From an uncultured Chitinophagaceae bacterium (lineage in GTDB: Bacteria > Bacteroidota > Bacteroidia > Chitinophagales > Chitinophagaceae), in the NCBI GenBank assembly GCA_963800635.1, contig CAWDCB010000018.1, positions 59,033-123,032 on the forward strand: a stretch of DNA of 64,000 nucleotides, in the 5' to 3' direction. Made by a program: the position numbers and the translations under genes. The stretch's first letter is position 1. Every line of letters begins with the position of its first letter. Shown piece after piece: positions 29,988-41,678 of the stretch. A model generated the notes under the pieces. The model worked only from the letters and a program-made list of their open reading frames with translations, was not told where the DNA came from and did not search any database.

Positions 29988-31925
29988 TAACGATAATTCA
30001 TTAAGTGAGGTGCATGAAACTGTCGACATCAGTTCCAGGAAAAAAGGATGGAAAAGGATATTCGCATTTTTTGGGCCTGCCTACCTGGTAAGCGTAGGCT
30101 ACATGGACCCGGGCAACTGGGCCACAGACCTGGCAGGCGGCAGCAAGTATGGCTATACATTAATATGGGTATTACTGATGAGTAATATTATGGCCTTACT
30201 ACTGCAAAGTTTAAGCGCAAGGCTGGGAATTGTGCGGGGAAGAGACCTTGCGCAGGCTAACAGGGAGGCGTACCCGAAACCGGTAAATTTCATGTTATAC
30301 ATTCTCGCGGAAGTTGCTATTGCAGCCTGCGACCTTGCAGAAGTTCTTGGTATGGCGATCGGTATTCAGTTGCTTACCGGCCTGCCCTTAATATGGGGTG
30401 TATCTATTACAGTGCTGGATACATTTTTGTTACTTTACCTGCAACGCCTGGGCATTCGCAAAATGGAAGCTTTTATTATTGCATTAATTGGAGTAATCGG
30501 CTTTTGTTTCCTGGTAAATATTATTATAGCGCACCCGCAACTGCATGAAATATTAAAAGGATTTATTCCATCGCTGCCGGATGCAAAAGATTTCTATGCT
30601 GCCAAAGGCATGAGCAACGTTCTGCCAAAGGAAACTGCCTTGTACCTTGCAATAGGTATTATTGGCGCTACTGTAATGCCGCATAATTTATACCTGCATT
30701 CCTCATTGGTGCAAACCAGGAAAATTCAAAAGACCCATCAGGGCATTAAGCAGGCATTGAAATGGAGTTTTATTGATACCGCCATAGCGCTGAATATTGC
30801 TTTCCTGATCAATGCCGCAATACTTATACTGGCAGCTACGGTATTTTTCAAAACCGGCAGAACCGATGTGGGAGAAATAAAACAGGCCTACCAATTATTA
30901 TCTCCAATGCTGGGCTCAACTTTTGCATCCACTTTATTTGCTATTGCCCTGATTGCTTCCGGCCAAAGCTCGACTCTTACAGGAACACTGGCCGGCCAAA
31001 TAGTAATGGAAGGATATTTACGCCTGCGCATCAATCCAATTATACGAAGATTGATCACACGTTTACTGGCTGTAATCCCGGCAATTATTGTGATTGCTGT
31101 TTTTGGCGAAAGCAGGGTCGACAGCTTATTAATTTTCAGCCAGGTGATTTTAAGCTTGCAATTAGGATTTGCGGTAATACCATTAATTCATTTTGTAAGT
31201 GACAAAAAAACAATGGGCGCATTTGCGATTAAACCGCGTTATACAATTTTTTGCCTGGCTTGTTGCATCGGTATTAGTATATCTTAATGTAAGGCTGGTG
31301 ACCGGGTGAAGCCGCTAATTTTTTTGCAACACCGGGTAATATTATTGGAAAAATAAGCATTGTTCTCTCAGCGACTTTTATTTGGAGGCTTTATTAATTT
31401 ACTCAGTTATTTTTCCTTTACTTGGCAAACGAAAAAAATCCGTTTCAATACAAATGCATCCCAATTTATCAGGCACTAATAAATCTTGATGCACCGGTTT
31501 ACAGAAAGATTGCGGTGGCATTGGATTTTAGTGAGAACGATTCAAAACTCCTTGCATCGGCCATTGGGCAGGCAAAACAGGATACCCGCTTTTTTTTGAT
31601 ACACATTGTGGAAAGCGCTACGGCAATATTGCATGGAAAAGAAACTGCTGATTACGAGACACAAAAAGATACCGAAAGGCTGGCATCTTATATACACCAA
31701 TTAGAAAAAAGAGGGTTTAAAGCGGAAGGCAAATTAGGATTCAGAGACAGGGCTAAAGAAATAGTGAAATTCGTAAAAGAAAGCGAAGCTGATATGCTGG
31801 TGGTTGGCACCCACGGCCACACCGGCGTAAAAGATTTAATTTATGGAGAAACAGTAAATTCTGTAAGGCATGAACTGCAAATCCCCATATTAATGGTAAG
31901 CCTTAAAAATGAGAAAGTATCTTGA
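29968..31925 (+). CDS. mntH: Nramp Mn2+ transporter with C-terminal USP domain (indels at 31230-31450)
   Basis: GYMDPGNW, GATVMPHNLYLHS; tail IAVALDFS..HIVES..LVVGTHGHTG..GETV. Confidence 0.9.
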
Positions 31926-31957
31926 GGGCATGCAATATACAATTACAATAACAGGCA

Positions 31958-32568
31958 TTACTGCTTTATCACAATGCTATCTTTCAGCTTTTGAATTTCA
32001 GCTGCAATCTTATCATTCCATTCCAATTGCTTATCAACATTAAGGCTATGGTTAGTTTCCCTGTCGTACTGCAACTGCATTGATTCATTTTCTTTATAAA
32101 CCTTGTTAAATATGGATGTAAGCAATGTATTATAATTTTCCTTTGTAAAATGGGCTTTTGAAAGCTCAGCAATAAATTTTTGCGAGCCTAGCCTGGTAAT
32201 ATCAAAATGATGTTGCTCATGCAGTAAATGATAGTCTGAATTTATTTGTGGTTTTTTCCACGAATCACTTTTAGAAAAAAAAGCATACACCCCAATATTG
32301 AGATAAATATTTTTTCCGTCAAAGTTTATTTGTGAATCAAATGCAAAACCCGAAGCTGTTACTGCTCCTCCAAAATGATTATTGTCAGGCACACCTTTAA
32401 AATCCTGCCAGGTAAGATTGCGGTTAAAGTCATAATAGATGGTGTCGTTATCCGGCTTTGCTTTTTTATTTTCCATAAATGCATTTACAATCACATTCTG
32501 TGAAAAACATTGATGTGTAGCCGGCACAAACAAATCAATAAAAGAAGGGAAATTTTATAACGGATCAT
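31958..32568 (-). CDS. DUF922-like putative Zn-dependent protein
   Basis: LTWQDFKG, LLHEQHHFDIT, QYDRETNH. Confidence 0.8.
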
Positions 32569-32803
32569 TTAAATGTAAATATGATACAAAAAAAATAACA
32601 GGTTCCGAAATAAAAAGTTAAAACCAACGTGAACTAAGCATGTTTACCTACAGAATTAAATTCAAACGACTTACAAAATCAAATTCAAATACTGCTCAAT
32701 AAAATCTGCTATCCTGCGTTATTAATTAATTCTCCTTTCATAACATCTTACAAAATGAGCGAATTATAACCCTCATTTAGTTACAAGCGTTTGAAAGATT
32801 ACT

Positions 32804-35390
32804 ATGGATTCTATATCTGAAGGTATATCACACCTGGAAAATTCATCAGAGTTCTTATGCAGCTTAACCGATACAAGCTTTCGTTTTTTAGATACCAACC
32901 GTTTATTTCAAAAACAATTTGGATTAGAAAATGAGAACTGGAAAGGCCGCTTGTTTCCCGAAGTCGTACAGACTTTCCAAATGGAAAAATACCTCCAGGT
33001 TAACAATGAATGTATAAATAATCCTGGTAAAACCATCTGCATAGAAATACAAACTATCACAGACTTCGCATGAAAATTGGTTTCGATGGGAAGTAAGCGC
33101 TTTAGTCAATAAAAAAAATGAGGTTGAAGGAGTTCGCTTTCTAGGCACTGATATTACCAAACAAAAAAAGGCAGAGCAAACTTTATTACAACAGGCTATT
33201 TTACTTGATAATATTTCCGATGCGATTATTTCTGCAGACCAAAATTTTTGTATCAAAAGCTGGAATCTTACCGCAGAGATGATGTTTAATTTGAAATATG
33301 AAGAAGGCGTAACATACCTCTGCATGAAATCAGTAACATAACTTTTGAAAATGATTCAGAAGCTAATTTTAAAACTGTTACTTAAAAATAAGGGTTGTTG
33401 GAGCGGGCGATGTTTTAATCGAAAAAAAAGATGGGACAAAATTTCACATGCAAACAATGGTAAATGCTATAAAAGATAAAAAAGGCCAGGTAACCGGCTT
33501 CGTGGCTGTAAGCAGGGATGTAACTAAGGAATATGAAATAAAACACAAATTTGATTTTGAGCAAAAAAAATCGCAGCTCAATTTAGCAATAGAGCAACAG
33601 CAATTTCGAAACTTTTATGGAGCATGCCCCTACCCTTGCGTGGATCAATGATGAGGAAGGCACTTTGCATTATATGAATACCTTATTTAAAGATTCTTTT
33701 GGGCTTCCGGAGAATGTTATTGGTAAAAATATTTTTGATTATTACCCTCCCGCTATGAAAATAAATTGCTTCTGCCAGCGACAAGGAAGTACTGGACAGA
33801 AATACAGGTATTGAAAGATTTGAAGAAGGTATAGATCAGAATGGTGAAAAAGTATATTACCAGGTTTATAAATTTCCTGTTGGCAGCCATAATAAAACCA
33901 GGCTTATTGGCGGCCTTGCTGTTAATATTACAGCGCAGGTAAAAGGAAGAATGGAAATATTAAAAGAAAGAAGCCAGTTTCAGTCATTTATGGAAAATGC
34001 CCCGTTACTGGCATGGATTACAGATGGCGAGGGAGTTTTACATTACATGAATACCCGTTTTAAAGATTCTTTTAATTATTCTGACTGATCACCTGAATAA
34101 AAAGATTGGGAGCTTTGGCCCGATTACTGAAAGAGAAAAAGCGTTGTTGCCCCGCAAAGAAATGCTGACAAAAAATAAAAGTGTTGAATTTTTTCATAAG
34201 TGGATTGATGAGAATGAAAAAATTCATTATTACAGGACTTATCAATTTCCAATAAAAGATGTTGAAGGCAATCGCCTCGCCGGCGGGCAATCAATTGAAA
34301 TTACGGCAGAACTACTGGCACAACGCGCCCTTGAAAAAAGTAATGAGCTTTTTGAATATGCCGTAAAAGCAACCCGCGATGTTATTTGGGACTGGGATCT
34401 TATAGAAAATAAAATAATGCGAACGGGCGGTTATAAAAATGTTTTTGGTTATGAAATGCCTGACCTTTACGAAGACCACCAATATGATAAAGTACATCCT
34501 GATGATGTTACTAGACGTTATTCAAAGTCATAGAACGATGCACTTACCAGTGATGACTTCCCGCTGGCAGATGGAATACAAATGTCTTTGTGCAGATGGC
34601 ACCTATAAAATAGTACTTGACCAGGCATATATTATAAGAGACAAAGATCAGAAGAGCCGTACGTATGATAGGATCCATGCAGGATGTAACAGAAGAACGT
34701 AAATTACAAAGAGAGGTATTAATTACAGAATTACAGAAAAAGAAAGATATAGTTACTGCCGTAATTGATGCACAGGAAAAAGAAAGAAATGAGCTTTCCG
34801 GAGAATTGCACGATAATGTAAACCAACTGCTTGCCGCATCAATATTGTATTTAAGAACCGCACAAAAGCAAAAGGTAATTGAAGAAAACCTTATAAGCCA
34901 TAGCCTGGACTATGTGCAAAAGGCTATCAATGAATTGCGCAATATAAGTCATAACCTTTCACCTGTAGATCTCAAGATGCATGGGCTTTCTGCGGCACTT
35001 AAAGCATTAACCGAGCAAATTGCACATACCCAAAACCTTTGAAGTAAAACTGACCATTGGAAAATTAAATGAAAAGAAATTATCACAATCTCTTCAGCTT
35101 GCAGTATATCGGATTGTGCAGGAAAATATAAATAATATTCTCAAACATGCAAATGCAACAAAAGTAACGATTCAGCTGTAGCCGAAGCAGAAAATAATCT
35201 TTTGTTAACGGTTACGGATAATGGTAAAGGGTTTGACCTCGCCACTGTAAAAAAAGGATTGGGAATAACAAATATTTTTACCCGTGCAGAAAATTTTGGC
35301 GGCTCTGCAGAAATCATTTCCTCTCCCGGCAATGGCTGTACCTGGAATATAAAAATTCCGATAAGTTTAGGCTATGCCCGTTGCCGTTAA
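32804..35390 (+). CDS. Multi-PAS sensor histidine kinase, HisKA_3 type (many indels)
   Basis: Repeated PAS/PAC fragments; ERNELSGELHDNVNQLL; DNGKGF..GLGITNI. Confidence 0.85.
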
Positions 35391-35454
35391 GCCATTCAAC
35401 AATTGAACAGTGAAACAACGGATGATCCCATAATTGATCCACCGTTTCATTACC

Positions 35455-36436
35455 TTACGGCTTAAGGAACTTATTTGCACTTTCAGCAATCCCATATACT
35501 GGCATTTTCCGCATACATTTAAAATGACCCAGCGGGCATTTTTCAAAACCTATTTTACTGCAAGGCCTGCACCATAATTTATTTACCTGGAATACCTCGT
35601 AAGAAGTGAGATACGGATACATTCCAAATGAAGGAACCGTATTGCCCCACACAGATAAAATATTTTTTTTAAAAGCAGCCGCGATATGCATAAGGCCTGT
35701 GTCGTGGCTTATCACCAATTTCGATCTGCGAATGATATCTGCAGATTCATTTAATGAAAATTTACCGCATGCATTATAAATTTTTACCGGATCAACCCGG
35801 GCAATTTCGCAGCCATTATTAAAATCCTCATTTCCGCCAAGCAGGATAATAGGGTATTCTATTCCGGCACATAATTCTTTTAATTTATCTACCGGTAATT
35901 TTTTTGTGAAATGTGCTGCACCAATTGCAATTGAAACGTATCCCTGTGAATGAGAAAACGGGATGTCTGCATCTTTAACAATATCTTTTTCAGGAATAAA
36001 ATAATCAAGCCCCAGGCCATCATTTACAACACCAAGATTTTTTACCGTTTCCATATACCTGTCAACAATATGTTTCGCCGGCATCAGGTTAATTTTGAAA
36101 TTGGTGTATATCCATTTTTGCGTGTTTAACTTGTTGAAAGAATAAAAAGGTATGCCTTTCATGGCTTGCTTAATTCTAAGTGTTCTCAGGTTATGGTGCA
36201 GGTCAATTATACAATCAAACTTTTCATTTTTAAGAATTTCTATTGTGGCATTAATATCATCTGGCTAATGTAAGCACCCTATTGATATATGGGTTTGCAA
36301 GAACAATTCCTGAAAAACTTTTTTTAGTCAGGAAATGAATATCGGCATCGGGATATTTTTTTCGCAAACAGCGTATAACCGGGGTCGTTAGAACGATATC
36401 ACCAATGGAAGAAAAACGAATGATTAAAATTTTCAT
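35455..36436 (-). CDS. Glycosyltransferase family 9 (heptosyltransferase-like)
   Basis: MKILIIRFSSIGDIV start; DLHHNLRT, SHDTGLMHIAAA, CRPCSKIG. Confidence 0.9.
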
Positions 36437-36483
36437 GAGACGAAAGCTGTGAGCTATCAGCTATGAACTATGAGCAATGTAGC

Positions 36484-36549
36484 AATTTAACCAATTAACC
36501 AATTAACTAATCAACCAATTAACCAATTTACATTAACCAATTAACCAAA
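36484..36549. repeat. Octamer tandem repeat (AATTAACC)
   Basis: About 8 imperfect copies. Confidence 0.75.
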
Positions 36550-36552
36550 ACC

Positions 36553-37774
36553 TCACACTTCAATATAATTAAGTTCTTTATGAAAAGTTTCTTCGGTAAA
36601 GATGGTAGCAATAATACTAATAATCATCACAATGATTCCGGTTACCAGGCCGCTGAAAATATAAGTAAAATAATGTTGCAAACCATTGAACAATAAAAGC
36701 ATTAATGGTAAAGAACCGCGAACCATATTAGGGATCGTGGTAGCTGCTGTTGCCCGCAGGTTGGTGCCAAACTGCTCAGCTCCCATTGTTACAAAAATCG
36801 CCCAGAAACCCGTTGCAAACCCAAGCCCGGCTGCAGTCCAATAAAGGCTGGCAGCGCTGGTATTCGCTGTTTGAGTAAAATAGATGGTGATCATTATAGC
36901 CGTAATTGCATAAAAGATATACAGTGTTTTTTTCCTGCTTTTCAACCACTGGCTCAGCAGTCCCGCCAATACATCGCCAACAGAAATAGCGATATAGGCA
37001 TACATGGTTGCTTTGCCGGGATTAATATCTTCTGTTATTCCAAAGTTTTTTGCAAACTTATTGGAAAACGCAATGAGGATACCGATGACATACCAGGTAG
37101 GAAGCCCTAATAAAATACTAAATAAATATTTTTTAAACCGCTTTGCATTATTGAAGAACATAAGGAAGTTTCCTTTGGATACTGTTTTTTCAAGTGATGT
37201 ATACATTCCTGATTCAAAAATACTAATGCGCAGAAAAAGTAAGAATATACCCAGCCCTCCTCCAATGAAATAGCAATTTCTCCAGTCAAACTTCTGTGAA
37301 ATAAAAAAAGCAACGACCGCCCCCGTAAGGCCAATCCCTGCAACAAGAGATGTTCCGATACCTCTTTGTTCTTTTCTCAATAGTTCTGAAACCAATGTAA
37401 TACCTGCACCCAATTCGCCTGCAAGCCCAATGCCGGCAATAAACCGGGCTATTGCATATTGAGGTACTGTTTGCACAAAGCCATTGGCGATGTTTGCCAG
37501 GGAATACAATATGATAGAGCCGAATAAAACACTCAGCCTTCCTTTCTTATCACCTGCTATCCCCCATATAATGCCACCAAGTAAAAGGCCCGACCATCTG
37601 GATGCCAATGATGAACTCTCCCTTTTTATCAACATCAATTGCGTTTAAGCCAAGTGACCGAAGGCTCGGGATTCTTACGATATTAAAAAGAAGCAGGTCG
37701 TATATATCAACAAAATATCCCAAAGCCGCAACTACTACAGGAAGGGAAAAAACCGCGATGTATTTTTTGTTCAT
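36553..37774 (-). CDS. MFS transporter (one indel)
   Basis: ALGYFVDIYDL, GDKKGRL, AEQFGTNLRATA. Confidence 0.9.
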
Positions 37775-37818
37775 GTTAAAAACTAAAATCGGAACTTATT
37801 ATTTTATCGGTTTTCTTT

Positions 37819-38502
37819 TTAGGCATAAATATCTTTCCATAGAACAGGAATTGTAGTAATAGCAACAATTCCTACTACAATTACTTCAAGATGTTCTTTC
37901 AAATCGAAATGAAACTGGTGCATAATAAACCTCTGCAGAAAATGCCCGGCAAACAACATACTTCCAACCCATAAAATGCAGCCTGCCATATTATAGTAGG
38001 TGAATTTCTTCCAGTCCATTAACACAATGCCCGCAATTATGGGGGCAAACGTTCGAACAAAGGGAACAAACCTTGCCAAAACAATTGCCTGTCCTCCGTT
38101 CTTTTCATAAAATTCGTGAGCTTGTACGAGATATTTTTTCTTAAAGAAGAAAGTATCTTTTCTTTCAAATAAAAAAGGGCCGCTTTTCCTGCCAAACCAG
38201 TATCCAACAAAGTTTCCTAAAATGCCGGCAACAGAAATCAGTATCCACAAAATAAAAAGATCTGCCCATTGATTATGAGTTTCAAATAGTGCCGAAGATA
38301 CAATGCCGGGAATACCCCCGGTAGTTGAACTGAAAATTCCTGTAACAAATAGCAGCGCATCTCCCGGTAAAAAAAATCCGGCAAACAAGCCGGTTTCTGC
38401 AAATACAATAAAAAGTATCATCCATAAGCCTCCATGCTGAATATAAAAATGCGGATTGAGTAATTCTTTAAGGTCAATTCCTAAAATATGTAATAATTCC
38501 AC
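37819..38502 (-). CDS. DedA/VTT family membrane protein
   Basis: FAETGL..GFFLPGD, ARFVPFVRTFAP. Confidence 0.92.
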   Translation of the reverse strand: MELLHILGIDLKELLNPHFYIQHGGLWMILFIVFAETGLFAGFFLPGDALLFVTGIFSSTTGGIPGIVSSALFETHNQWADLFILWILISVAGILGNFVGYWFGRKSGPFLFERKDTFFFKKKYLVQAHEFYEKNGGQAIVLARFVPFVRTFAPIIAGIVLMDWKKFTYYNMAGCILWVGSMLFAGHFLQRFIMHQFHFDLKEHLEVIVVGIVAITTIPVLWKDIYA

Positions 38503-38520
38503 TGATTAGAATTTAAAATT

Positions 38521-39771
38521 TTAATTGGCAAGTTCGCCTTCCCATTTACTTACAGCCGAAGTTGCCAATGCATTTCCCAGTACATTTGTCATAGTTCGAA
38601 ACATGTCGCAAAAATGGTCAATTGGCAATATTAAAGCAATTCCTGCTGGTGGAATATTAAACATGCTGCAGGTTGCCAAAACTACAACAAGCGATGCCCG
38701 CGGCACACCGGCAATTCCCTTACTCGTGAGCATAAGCACAAGGAGCATCGTAATCTGTGTGCCCAGGTCCATATGTATTCCATAGGCCTGCGCAATTGAA
38801 ACGCTGGCAAAGGTCATGTACATCATGCTGCCATCAAGATTAAAACTATATCCAAGCGGCAAAGTAAAAGCCACTATTTTTTCGGGGCAGCCAAAGCGTT
38901 CAAGCTCTTCCGTTAGTTTCGGAAAAACCGCCTCACTGCTTGTGGTACTGAAAGCAATTAACAAGCGGTTGAGCAATCCTCTTTATTAAAGCAGGAAGCC
39001 TGTTCTTCAAAATCAAATATCCTACTCCGAGCAATATCAGCCAGAGAATGAAAATTCCCAATTATAAAATACAGAAGGTACTGTCCGTAAAAGCTGAAAA
39101 CTTCAAGCCCTTTGGTAGCAATAACTGCGGCTATAGCGCCAAAGACGCCCAGGGGTGCAAAGTTCATAACATAGCCTACCATTTTCAAAATGATGTGCGA
39201 AACCCCTTCCAATGCCCTGATCACAGGCTTTGCATAATCGCCGATCGCAGTAGCTGCTATGCCAAAAAAAACACTGAAAATTACAATCTGCAAAATTTCA
39301 TTCGAAGCCATTGATTCGAAAATGCTTTTTGGAACAACATGTTCTACAAAATTTGCCAAAGAAAACTGGCGGGTATTTGTCATCAGGTCTTTTGCACTCG
39401 CAGTATCGGCTGCACTAAGGTTTATAGCAGCACCTGGCTTAAAATAATTAACGAGCAGAAGGCCTATCAGAAGGCATATTAAAGAGGCGGAAATAAACCA
39501 CAATAAAGCTTTACCACCTATACGCCCCACCGTTTTTAAATTCCCCAGCTTTGCGATGCCAACAACCAAAGTTGAAAATACCAGCGGCGCTATAATCATT
39601 TGCACCAGTCTTAAAAAAATGGTTGTTAGTAGTTTTATATTTTCAGAAAAAGAAAGTATGAATGAAGGAGATGATCGTTTCATGCACAACATATCCAAGC
39701 AACACGCCGGCAACCATAGCTATAAGAATATAAACTGTAAGCTTGTTTTTATTTGACGAAATATGAGCCAT
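38521..39771 (-). CDS. Dicarboxylate/amino acid:cation symporter (GltP/DctA family; indels)
   Basis: FLRLVQMIIAPLVF, AFSTTSSE, GYSFNLDGS, TSKGIAGVPRAS. Confidence 0.92.
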
Positions 39772-39912
39772 ATGACTAATATAGTTTTGCAATATAATAT
39801 TTAAAACGTGTTATCTGCCTAAGTGTTAAAAATTATAGAGCGTGGCTTTATATTTTAAAAATTAATTGATTACTTTTCCATCCTGTTCTTCACTTAAATT
39901 AACAACTTATAT

Positions 39913-41560
39913 ATGAGTTTATTTGTAAAGAAGCCCATGAGTGTTTTAATGGCAGAGGCTGGTGAAACTGAAAAGGGGCTGAAGAAAACTTTGGGGCCTG
40001 GCTCCCTGGTTGCCCTCGGAATTGGTGCTATCATAGGAGCAGGGCTTTTCTCTATAACGGGGCTTGCTGCAGCAAATAATGCAGGGCCCGCTATTACAAT
40101 ATCATTTGTGGTTGCTGGCTTTGGATGTGCTTTCGCCGGTTTATGCTATGCAGAATTTGCTTCCATGATCCCAGTAGCGGGAAGTGCCTATACTTATTCT
40201 TATGCAACAATGGGTGAATTTATTGCGTGGGTTATTGGTTGGGATCTTGTGCTGGAATATGCGGTGGGCGCCGCAACGGTAGCAATAAGCTGGAGCCGGT
40301 ACTTTGTAAAATTCCTGGATGGCTTTAATGTTAAACTACCTGCTGAGATTACGACAGGGCCCTGGGACGGAGGATGGATCAATCTGCCCGCGGTTTGTAT
40401 TGTAGTGCTGGTTAGTTTACTATTAATAAAAGGTACACAGGAAAGTGCCACCGTAAACGCAGTTATTGTAACACTAAAAGTTGCGGTTGTATTTATTTTT
40501 ATTATACTCGGGTGGAAATATATTAACACAACCAATTATCACCCTTATATTCCCGATAATACAGGTGACTTCGGGCATTTTGGATTTAGTGGAATTATCA
40601 GGGCCGCTGCAATTGTTTTCTTTGCATACATTGGCTTTGATGCAGTTTCTACGGCTGCCCAGGAAGCTAAAAACCCAAAGAAGGATATGCCTATTGGAAT
40701 ACTCGGTTCGCTGGCAATATGTACCATTTTATATATCTTGTTTGCGCACGTAATGACAGGGGTAACCAATTATACATCTTTTGCGGGCAAGGATGGAATT
40801 GCCCCCGTGGGTGTTGCGATTGATCATATGGGAACAGTTGATGCCAACGGCGGTTTACATCCCGATTATCCATGGTTAAACAGGGCCATTATTGTTGCCA
40901 TTCTTGGAGGGTATTCATCGGTGATACTCGTGATGCTGATGGGACAATCAAGGGTATTTTTTTCAATGAGCAAAGATGGCTTGTTACCGCCGGTTTTTCA
41001 TAAAGTACATGCTAAATTCAGAACACCTGCAAAATCCAATTTGCTCTTTATGTTGTTTGTAAGCATCTTCGCCGCATTTGTTCCCGCAAGAGTTGTTGGT
41101 GAAATGACAAGCATAGGAACACTTTTCGCATTTATTCTCGTATGTATCGGGGTTTGGGTACTAAGAGTTAAACAGCCCGAAATCAAGCGTGCGTTTAAAA
41201 CGCCGCTTGTGCCATTAGTGCCCATCCTGGGGATATGCTACCTGCTTGTTTATGATGATTTTTTTGCCACTAGATACGTGGATACGGTTATTGGTATGGA
41301 TGCTCATTGGTTTTGACGTCTATCTTTTTTACGGCTTAAAACACAGTCAGTTATCCGATCATACAAATATTACTTACGATAGAAGCAATAGGATTGTCTC
41401 TTACTGTGGTGTAGGCCTGGCGGCATTACTTGCTGTTGTTGCCTTAGTGCATCATAAAACCGTTACTGAACCGGATACCATATTGTTTAGCATTTCAATG
41501 ATATTCGCTGTTGCGCATTTACTTATCTATCTGTTCAGGATAAATAAAAAATATAAATAA
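39913..41560 (+). CDS. APC-family amino acid permease (indel near 41240)
   Basis: GIGAIIGAG, GSAYTYSY, FFAYIGFDAVST. Confidence 0.93.
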
Positions 41561-41666
41561 TTAGCTAATGTGATGATTAGCAAATGTGCTAATGTGATAA
41601 TTAGCAAGTTAGCCAATGTGATGATTAGCAAATGTGCTAATGTTATGATTTGCAAATGTGCCAATG
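41561..41666. repeat. Short degenerate repeats (ATTAGCAA/ATGTGCTA type) abutting the large array
   Basis: ttagctaatgtgatgattagcaaatgtgctaatgtg...; the same motif resumes at 44808-44832. Confidence 0.7.
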
Positions 41667-41678
41667 AGGATGTTTTTT

